From a virus (Duplodnaviria; Heunggongvirae; Uroviricota; Caudoviricetes), in IMG/VR virus record IMGVR_UViG_2740892016_000006, positions 1-50,109 of that record: a stretch of 50,109 bases of DNA; one strand, written 5' to 3'. The position numbers and the translations under genes were made by a program. Under the pieces are notes generated by a model, which was given only the letters and a program-made list of their open reading frames with translations, did not search any database and was not told the origin of the DNA. The first letter of the stretch is position 1. Every line of letters starts with the position of its first letter. Below are positions 42,970 to 50,109 of the stretch, one piece after another.

Positions 42970-43359
42970 CTAACATTTTCTTTTTACTTTTCCAACAAAA
43001 GCTTTGGTTGAATCCATATTTCCATAACCGGAAATGGTTTTTGACATTAAAACTGTTCCAGTAGGATGTATTACCCATGAGTCGATAACGCGTTGAGTTT
43101 CGCCATTCGCGCCGATTCCTATGATGGAGTTTTTAGACAATGCTTTGTAAGCCATGCCGCCTGCATCTGTCCCAGAATATGTGATGCTGGCATCTTCACC
43201 GCTTGTCTTAATGATGAATGTTCCACTAAAACCATCTTCTTCCGGATGGAAATTATTTCGTTCTGAATAGCTTATTCCGCGCATATCTCCAACGACCCAG
43301 CACTCTGCTGTAGCCCCAAAAGATATGAATAAGAACATAGCAGCAAGAAATTGCTTCAC
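42970..43359 (-). CDS. Secreted hypothetical protein (129 aa) in the sieA/moron position
   Basis: N-terminal signal peptide MKQFLAAMFLFISFGATA; opposite strand to structural genes. Confidence 0.55.
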   Translation of the reverse strand: MKQFLAAMFLFISFGATAECWVVGDMRGISYSERNNFHPEEDGFSGTFIIKTSGEDASITYSGTDAGGMAYKALSKNSIIGIGANGETQRVIDSWVIHPTGTVLMSKTISGYGNMDSTKAFVGKVKRKC

Positions 43360-43727
43360 ACCAACCTCCTTAGTTTTGAGCAGAATACCAGATGATACTG
43401 TATTGGTGGAGTGGTGTGTGAAAACGTGTCAACGACAAACCATCCACAACTTGGACGAATGATTTAGCAAAAAGTGCTATTTTGGGTGTTTAGTGTCATA
43501 GAAAAGTGAATAGCTCACTTTTCAACATTGCATGAAACTTGCAGGAAATGTGACATTACCTTATAGGTAACTTCGGCGAAAATGCAGTAAATGTGAAACG
43601 TAATGATTTAAACGTGTCGAGAAAGTGGTTGTAAGTTAGCCTCTGAAGGATTGATGACAGCTTTGTTATGGTATTAAATGCAACTTGACACAGTTGTATA
43701 CATAGCTGCGGCTATCAAGATGGAGGT

Positions 43728-44177
43728 ATGTTTATGCTCACTTGTTTTGATGTCGCCGACTACTTCTTGGCGCATTGCGATGAAGAAAGTGGCGACATTA
43801 TCTCTAACCTAAAAATTCAGAAGTTGACGTATTATGCCCAAGGGTTTTCTCTGGTTCTTCTGGGTAAGCCGCTATTTAATGAGAAAATTGAAGCCTGGAT
43901 GCATGGGCCAGTAGTTCCTGAATTGTATCGTAAATATAGGGACTGTGGTAACGGAGCTTTACCTGCGCCAGAAAACTTTGACGCTAAAAAATTCAGTGAA
44001 GATGAAATTGAATTGCTGGATGAGGTGTATAAAGTTTATGGTCAGTTTTCTGCCTGGAAACTGCGCAATATGACTCACGAAGAGCAGCCATGGAAAGATG
44101 CTTACATTGAGGGTGCGGTTAGCCAAGAAATCACACTTGATTCTATGAAAGGTTTTTTCAAAACGTTAATTAACTGA
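43728..44177 (+). CDS. Panacea-domain (DUF4065, SocA/GepA-like) protein, putative antitoxin
   Basis: N-terminal DVADYFLAHC...NLKIQKLTYYAQG matches the recalled DUF4065 signature. Confidence 0.6.
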   Translation: MFMLTCFDVADYFLAHCDEESGDIISNLKIQKLTYYAQGFSLVLLGKPLFNEKIEAWMHGPVVPELYRKYRDCGNGALPAPENFDAKKFSEDEIELLDEVYKVYGQFSAWKLRNMTHEEQPWKDAYIEGAVSQEITLDSMKGFFKTLIN

Positions 44178-44182
44178 CGTGT

Positions 44183-44605
44183 ATGTCTAGAGTTAAGGGA
44201 AGAATAAAACAGAGGGATAAAGAGAGCTCTGCTACTGTTGGCCTCTCTATCCATCACGAATCTCATGATGTAGACAAAAGTCCGCCTGTATTTTCTCTTA
44301 GATACCTACAAAAGGGGTATTGCCTAGATTGCTGCCAAAAGCATGAAAAGGCAGCATTTGCAGATAGGCTGTTCAGGTTAAGTCAGATGTCATGGGATGA
44401 GATACGAAAATCTGATAAACACGGGCTTGGGACGGAAAAAATTGCCAGAAACGCGATAAAGGCTCCGATTCCTAAGCATGTTACTCAAGATGTGGATTTC
44501 ATTGCGTTCAGATTTTGCTCTAAGGCACCTATGGTTGGTTATAAGATAGGAGCCACTTTTTATGTCTTATGGCTCGACAGGGAGTTCAAGCTATACAAGC
44601 ACTAA
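44183..44605 (+). CDS. Hypothetical partner of the Panacea-domain gene (140 aa), candidate toxin/effector
   Basis: Starts 6 nt after the Panacea gene stop; followed by strong terminator; no family recognised. Confidence 0.55.
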   Translation: MSRVKGRIKQRDKESSATVGLSIHHESHDVDKSPPVFSLRYLQKGYCLDCCQKHEKAAFADRLFRLSQMSWDEIRKSDKHGLGTEKIARNAIKAPIPKHVTQDVDFIAFRFCSKAPMVGYKIGATFYVLWLDREFKLYKH

Positions 44606-44610
44606 TAAAA

Positions 44611-44632
44611 CCCACCGTCAGGTGGGTTTTTT
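44611..44632. terminator. Bidirectional rho-independent terminator between the Panacea operon and mnt
   Basis: CCCACC-GTCA-GGTGGG hairpin with flanking T-tract. Confidence 0.8.
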
Positions 44633-44872
44633 ATCTTCTCCGTACATGCTGCTGAGAGTCTTAAGAAGAGCCTCCCTAAATTTTTCAGATTCTTGTTGAG
44701 CAAAACCTTCTATCGATCTTGGTGATTTTTCTTCATCAATAGCGGCTTGCAAGATCATAACTATTTCTGAATTTAATGAACGACCGTTTCTCGATGCCCT
44801 TATGGTCAAGTCGCGCTTGAGGCTATCTGGCATTCTTACGCTATATGGGGCTATGTCTCTAACCTTCGTCAT
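44618..44872 (-). CDS. mnt: Mnt-type ribbon-helix-helix repressor
   Basis: RHH motif SVRMPDSLKRDLTIRASRNGRSLNSEIV and Mnt-like C-terminus. Confidence 0.7.
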   Translation of the reverse strand: MTKVRDIAPYSVRMPDSLKRDLTIRASRNGRSLNSEIVMILQAAIDEEKSPRSIEGFAQQESEKFREALLKTLSSMYGEDKKPT

Positions 44873-44981
44873 ACTTACACCGTGATAATCACATTGATAT
44901 CACAGTGTATTCAAAAAAATTTTGACTTGATATATTCACGGTGATATGTTTGTGATTCACAATAACTCACATGGTGACAAT

Positions 44982-45134
44982 ATGGAAAAAGAAGTTAGCA
45001 GAATTTTGGTGAGAATGCCTCAGTCGCTAAAAGATGCGATTACAGGAAAGGCCAAAGAAGAATGCCGGTCGTTTAACTCGGAAGTGATTAAGCGCCTGAT
45101 GGACAGCCTGAAGAGAGAGGGGATAACTGTATGA
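44982..45134 (+). CDS. arc: Arc-type ribbon-helix-helix repressor
   Basis: LVRMPQSLKDAI...ECRSFNSEVIKRLMDSLKREG resembles recalled P22 Arc. Confidence 0.7.
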   Translation: MEKEVSRILVRMPQSLKDAITGKAKEECRSFNSEVIKRLMDSLKREGITV

Positions 45135-45334
45135 GTAAAGAATGTTGTTTCTGCGGCATTAGCGAATCAGACGCTGATCAAACATACATTTACTCTAAAG
45201 AAACAGGTCGGATGCTGTGTAGTGACTGCGTGTTGGACATCATAAGATACAAGCATCTTGGATGTTCTGCCAGCATTAGCAATATAGGTGAAGTATATGA
45301 AGGGAAAGATATAACTGATAGAGCAGAAAGTTGA
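45131..45334 (+). CDS. Small Cys-rich (zinc-ribbon-like) protein inserted between arc and ant (67 aa)
   Basis: CCFCG...CSDC pattern; overlaps arc stop. Confidence 0.4.
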   Translation: MSKECCFCGISESDADQTYIYSKETGRMLCSDCVLDIIRYKHLGCSASISNIGEVYEGKDITDRAES

Positions 45335-45396
45335 AGCCCCAACTGCGGTAACAGTCAGGACTTCGATATCAACAAATCGGATTAGGAAATATTGAC

Positions 45397-46275
45397 ATGA
45401 AAAGTATAGCAAAGGCACAAAACGATTTCACCATCTTCAAATTCGGCGACAGTGAAATCCGCGTCATCAACAAATGCGGTGAGCCGTGGTTTGTAGCAAA
45501 AGATGTTTGTGATGCTTTAACCCTGACTAACTCACGCAAGGCGCTTACTGCACTTGATGACGATGAAAAGGGAGTAACTTTAAGTTACACCCTTGGTGGT
45601 GAGCAGAATCTAAGCATTGTTAGCGAATCAGGTATGTATACATTGGTTCTGCGCTGCCGCGATGCTGTCAATAAAGGTTCGGTCCCGCACAAATTCCGCA
45701 AGTGGGTAACAGCAGAAGTTCTACCTTCAATTCGCAAACATGGCGAGTATGTGAAAGGCAAGAAAACCACTGTTGAGGAAAGAACGCCGCTACGCGATGC
45801 AGTAAACATGCTGGTAGGAAAGAAAGGACTTCGCTATGACGATGCATACAATATGGTTCATCAGCGTTTTGGTATTGACAGCATTGATGAACTTTCAATT
45901 GAACAAATCCCGCTGGCCGTAGAGTACATCCACAGGGTAGTGCTTGAAGGTGAGTTCATTGGCAAACAAGAGAAGAAAACCAACGAGCTTTCTGCAAAAG
46001 AAGCAAACAGTCTTGTATGGTTATGGGATTATGCCAACCGCTCACAGGCATTGTTCCGCGAACTGTATCCGGCATTAAAACAAATTCAATCGAACTATTC
46101 CGGCAGATGTCATGACTGCGGTTATGAGTTCTCCCGTATTATCGATATAGCGAGAGACGTTTTAATCAATCACACACGAGATGTTGATATCAATGAGCCA
46201 GACGGACCAACGAATCTTTCCGCATGGATGAGACTTAAGAATAAAGAATTACCTCCTTCAGTACATAACTACTGA
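45397..46275 (+). CDS. ant: Antirepressor Ant (Bro-N domain)
   Basis: N-terminal [28 protein letters not shown] Bro-N motif; position after arc. Confidence 0.8.
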   Translation: MKSIAKAQNDFTIFKFGDSEIRVINKCGEPWFVAKDVCDALTLTNSRKALTALDDDEKGVTLSYTLGGEQNLSIVSESGMYTLVLRCRDAVNKGSVPHKFRKWVTAEVLPSIRKHGEYVKGKKTTVEERTPLRDAVNMLVGKKGLRYDDAYNMVHQRFGIDSIDELSIEQIPLAVEYIHRVVLEGEFIGKQEKKTNELSAKEANSLVWLWDYANRSQALFRELYPALKQIQSNYSGRCHDCGYEFSRIIDIARDVLINHTRDVDINEPDGPTNLSAWMRLKNKELPPSVHNY

Positions 46276-46294
46276 CAGATAACCAACGCAACGA

Positions 46295-46318
46295 CCCAGC
46301 TTCGGCTGGGTTTTTTTT
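46295..46318 (+). terminator. Rho-independent terminator after ant
   Basis: CCCAGC-TTCG-GCTGGG followed by TTTTTTTT. Confidence 0.8.
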
Positions 46319-46376
46319 ATGCCCAAAATTCACCGTAGCTACGCTGCGGCGATTCCTTGTATCTGGAGCAAATTAA

Positions 46377-48758
46377 ATGACAGATTCAATAAATGCCAAT
46401 GTTGTAGTGAGTATGCCTTCGCAACTCTTCACTATGGCGCGTTCTTTTAAAGCGGTTGCCAATGGCAAAATTTATATCGGTAAAATTGACACTGACCCGG
46501 TAAACCCTGAAAACCAGATTCAGGTTTATGTGGAGAACGAAGATGGCTCTCATGTTCCTGTTTCGCAACCAATCATCATTAACGCTGCTGGATATCCGGT
46601 ATATAACGGACAGATTGCCAAATTCGTTACCGTGCAAGGCCATTCTATGGCTGTATATGATGCTTACGGTGCTCAGCAGTTCTATTTTCCTAATGTACTG
46701 AAGTATGATCCTGATCAGCTGCGGAACCAATTAGAAGACATTGATGGCGCTAAGAAGTATCCTGAGTTGCAAATGGCTCGATGGAGAGATAATGGTGATG
46801 TTCGTGGATTTGGTGCTGTTGAAGGTGGTGTTGTATTATGTGATGAATCGTTTAAAGACGCAGAAAGAACTGGTATCGATGTATATGTTCCAGAGGGAAG
46901 GTGGCGATTATCAACTCCTATGATCTTGGGTCAGAAGGGAAAATATTATGGTCCAGGATTACTTATTTTTGATAATGCAGAGTGGTGGAGGAGAGGAGGC
47001 TCATCAGGTTCTGAATCTATAAATGAGCGTTATACATTGTTCTATAATTATAATGATAAAGGAGATGTGACATTAACTTATGACGGGATACCACAGAGTT
47101 TTACCTGGGTTGATGACAGGACAATAGAAGCTCCTGGTAGCTCAGTTAATGTAAGTGTCAGAATTAATATTGCCAATGGTTATCTGAAACTTGGGCCAGT
47201 GGCTGAATTTATTCGATCTTACAATCTTTGTGCCAATGGTGGTGGTGGTGAAAAACTAACCCCGGAGTTACCAGATCCAACAACAGCGCCAAAGGGTTAC
47301 GATAATACAGCATTTGGCCCGCGAGCGTTACAGGATCTGACCGATGGTGTTAACAATACTGCCATTGGGTCAAAATCATTGATGAGTAATATTTCAGGAA
47401 ATAATAATACCGGAGTTGGCTTCCTGACTTTGTATCGATGTACTGGAACAGGAAACACTGCTGTAGGTTCTGTTGCTGGCGAGTGGCTAACAACCGGGAG
47501 CTATAACTCATTCTTCGGACTTGGTGCAGGAGAAAAAGTTAAGGGCGGTAGATATAACGTTGGAGTTGGCTTTGAGGCCATGGCTGAGGCTCCAGATACT
47601 ATTTATACAGTTGCAGTAGGATATCGGGCGAATGGAAATCCTGGAGATTACTCACAGTCTAATAGTGTATACGTAGGCTCTTTTGCCGGAGACTTCTCTA
47701 TTGGTTCAAATAACACCATGGTTGGCTACAGAGCGGGAAACTGTCTTGGTGCTGCGGAGGCAGCAGGTACAGGGACTGGGCATGATAATGTTGGCATTGG
47801 AATGTTCGCAATGCGCAAGAATCTTGCAGGGAATGAAAGCGTTGTTATTGGTGCTGGAGCGGCAACCGAGTCAACAATTACAGATAATGTTGTTGTAATT
47901 GGTTATGGTGCATGCGGTGAAACTCAAACGCTAGGTTCATTTACCGTTTCTATTGGTCACATGGCACTTATAGCAGCAACGGGTGATAATAATGTTGCGG
48001 TTGGACAGCAGGCATTAAAAGGAACAACATCGGGAAGCAGTAACGTTGCAATTGGGTCTGGCTCTCTTGTCACAAATACAACCGGCGCATTAAACACGGC
48101 TATTGGACATAATTCAGGTAGATTAACTCAATCAGGGGAAAGCACATCATCACTTACCAACACAACAACTGTTGGCAATGATGCAAGGGTGTCTGGAAGT
48201 AATCAGGTGCAGCTTGGCAATTCTTCCACAACGACATATGTATATGGAACTGTGCAAAACAGATCTGATGCGCGTGATAAAACAGATATCCGAGATACTT
48301 TGCTGGGGATTGAATTTATCCTTGGACTTCGCCCTGTCGATGGTCGCTGGGATATGCGTGATGATTATATTGATGTTATTGAAAAAACAAGAATTGTACC
48401 AAAAAAAGTAGAACGAGATGTTGATGGAATTACTATATCAGCTATTGAGAATGTCGAAGAAAAATATCTTGAAGTAGTGCAGAAAACTCCTGACGGCAGT
48501 AAAAAACGTCAACGATACCATCACTGGTTTATTGCACAGGACGTATTGAAACTGTGTGAGAAATTAGGTGTTGAGTTCGGTGGGCTACAGCATCACTTGA
48601 AAAATGGTGGGGATGATGTTTACTCACTTGGTTACGATGAATTCATCCCACCTATTGTTAAATCAATTCAGCAATGCTGGGAGAGAATTGATAATATAGA
48701 AAGACGTATCGAAGAACTAGAGATGACATTAAAAAAGAATAACTTAAATAAAATATGA
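46377..48758 (+). CDS. Tailspike/tail fibre: P22-type N-terminal head-binding domain, Gly-rich repeat central region, C-terminal intramolecular-chaperone-like domain
   Basis: N-terminus [12 protein letters not shown]...[22 protein letters not shown] matches P22 tailspike head-binding domain; C-terminal [11 protein letters not shown] (Ser630/Lys634) resembles S74 autoproteolytic chaperone motif. Confidence 0.85.
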   Translation: MTDSINANVVVSMPSQLFTMARSFKAVANGKIYIGKIDTDPVNPENQIQVYVENEDGSHVPVSQPIIINAAGYPVYNGQIAKFVTVQGHSMAVYDAYGAQQFYFPNVLKYDPDQLRNQLEDIDGAKKYPELQMARWRDNGDVRGFGAVEGGVVLCDESFKDAERTGIDVYVPEGRWRLSTPMILGQKGKYYGPGLLIFDNAEWWRRGGSSGSESINERYTLFYNYNDKGDVTLTYDGIPQSFTWVDDRTIEAPGSSVNVSVRINIANGYLKLGPVAEFIRSYNLCANGGGGEKLTPELPDPTTAPKGYDNTAFGPRALQDLTDGVNNTAIGSKSLMSNISGNNNTGVGFLTLYRCTGTGNTAVGSVAGEWLTTGSYNSFFGLGAGEKVKGGRYNVGVGFEAMAEAPDTIYTVAVGYRANGNPGDYSQSNSVYVGSFAGDFSIGSNNTMVGYRAGNCLGAAEAAGTGTGHDNVGIGMFAMRKNLAGNESVVIGAGAATESTITDNVVVIGYGACGETQTLGSFTVSIGHMALIAATGDNNVAVGQQALKGTTSGSSNVAIGSGSLVTNTTGALNTAIGHNSGRLTQSGESTSSLTNTTTVGNDARVSGSNQVQLGNSSTTTYVYGTVQNRSDARDKTDIRDTLLGIEFILGLRPVDGRWDMRDDYIDVIEKTRIVPKKVERDVDGITISAIENVEEKYLEVVQKTPDGSKKRQRYHHWFIAQDVLKLCEKLGVEFGGLQHHLKNGGDDVYSLGYDEFIPPIVKSIQQCWERIDNIERRIEELEMTLKKNNLNKI

Positions 48759-48951
48759 TATTCAACATAAAACAATATGAAATCTGCGTCGAAAAGGCGC
48801 AGATTGTTAATTAATATGGTTATGTATGATTTTTCGATGTAATTAACTAAGAGAATAATGTTGTCATGATGTTGGTGAGAAAAAACTCTGGCACACAAAG
48901 CTTTGCACTGGATTGCAAGGCTTTGTGATATTCGATAGTTGTTAAGGCGGG

Positions 48952-50109
48952 TCACTCCACCTTTTCATCAAGCCAATCCGCCCACCACTGCATCATTTCT
49001 CTGCGCTTATCGAGATACTGAGCATGGTTGTAAATCCCGCGCACAGATCCGACGTTGGCATGTGCCAGTTGCACTTCAATAGCATCAGCAGGCCATTCGT
49101 GCTCGTTCATAATCGTGCTGAATTCATGCCTGAATCCGTGACCGCTTTCCAGACCCTCATAGCCGATTTGTTTGATCACAAGCAGTACCGCGTTCTCGCA
49201 GATTGGCTTCTTCTTATCGTTGCGCCCGGCAAAAACAAACTCTGATACTGGTTTGGTGATTGAGCTTAGCGTAGTGAGAAGTTCAACCACCTGGTCTGAC
49301 ATAGGAACCACATGAATTTTGCGTCCCTTCATTACACTGGCGTCGATGGTGATAATCCTGTTTTCAAAATCGACGTTCTTCCATAGCATGGAGCGAAGCT
49401 CTTTCGTTCTTAGGGCTGTGTAGCGCAAAACTTTAGTCGCAATGAGCGATACGATACTTCCTGAAAATGTTGCCAGTGCTTTATTGAATGCCGGGATCTG
49501 GTCTGCAGGAAGAAACGGGAAGTTTTTCTTGCGGTATCCCTTCATGGCGTCAGCAAGGTCAGGTGCCGGGTTATATTTAGCCCTACCAGTGACAATAGCG
49601 TAACGGAAAACCTCGCCGCATCTTCTGCGGGCTTTATTTGCTCGCTCCATTGCACCGCGATCTTCAAATCTGCGGATTACTTCCAGCAGTTGCATCGGCT
49701 CAATCTCCTGAATTTCAAGGCCGCCGATGATAGGTAAAATGTCGTCATCAAACATTTTTGCAAGTTCAGTCGCATACCCTACTGACCATACTTGCTTCTT
49801 GTGCTCGTACCATTCCTTGTAAATCGCACTAAAGGAATTGTTGTTAGACGAAGCCTTTTTCGCCTTTACCGGATCGATGCCAACCGAGATGTCTTTCCTC
49901 GCAGTCCATGCCTTATCCCTTGCCTCCTGCAAAGTCATTAGCGGATATTTTCCTACGGTCAGGATTTTCTCCTTACCGTCAATCTTGTAGCGAAGCTGCC
50001 ATACCTTTTTCCCGGATACAGGGACATAAAGGTACAGGCCATTACCATCGAGAAGGCGGTATGGTTTTTCTTTCGGCTTTGCTGCTTCAATCTGCTTAAC
50101 AGTGAGCAT
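48952..50109 (-). CDS. intS: P4-family tyrosine integrase, IntS (KplE1/CPS-53) type; start codon at 50107-50109
   Basis: MLTVKQIEAAKPKEKPYRLLDGNGLYLYVPVSGKKVWQLRYKIDGK... matches recalled E. coli IntS; catalytic HGFRH...LAH...RGIYNHAQY. Confidence 0.9.
   Translation of the reverse strand: MLTVKQIEAAKPKEKPYRLLDGNGLYLYVPVSGKKVWQLRYKIDGKEKILTVGKYPLMTLQEARDKAWTARKDISVGIDPVKAKKASSNNNSFSAIYKEWYEHKKQVWSVGYATELAKMFDDDILPIIGGLEIQEIEPMQLLEVIRRFEDRGAMERANKARRRCGEVFRYAIVTGRAKYNPAPDLADAMKGYRKKNFPFLPADQIPAFNKALATFSGSIVSLIATKVLRYTALRTKELRSMLWKNVDFENRIITIDASVMKGRKIHVVPMSDQVVELLTTLSSITKPVSEFVFAGRNDKKKPICENAVLLVIKQIGYEGLESGHGFRHEFSTIMNEHEWPADAIEVQLAHANVGSVRGIYNHAQYLDKRREMMQWWADWLDEKVE

Overview
The window is a composite mobile-element region, apparently two elements integrated in tandem at a tRNA-Arg (argW-type) attachment site. 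(1) Positions 1 to about 8314 are the right-hand part of a P4-like satellite: an RNA-immunity region, small left-operon genes, an alpha-type primase-helicase, an iteron-rich crr/ori-like array, an Ogr/Delta zinc-finger late activator, a visibly AT-rich two-gene cargo operon (5146-6999) and a P4-family integrase. (2) Positions about 8315 to 50109 are a complete-looking mosaic P22-like (KplE1/Sf6-type) lambdoid prophage: TorI-type excisionase at the left end, early-left recombination genes, N, CI/Cro/CII, O-like initiator with ori iterons, DnaB-like helicase, lambda-like nin/Q/lysis genes, P22-like head and ejection genes, an immI-like region (Mnt/Arc/Ant), a chimeric tailspike and an IntS-like integrase whose start codon is the last three bases of the window. 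The best candidates for an undescribed system are the satellite cargo operon 5146-6999 and the Panacea-domain gene pair 43728-44605 in the immI moron region; a small operon in the rex position downstream of cI (16443-16994) is a third. All calls come from reading the sequence and ORF track and from recalled protein families; no searches were run and GC statements are by eye.
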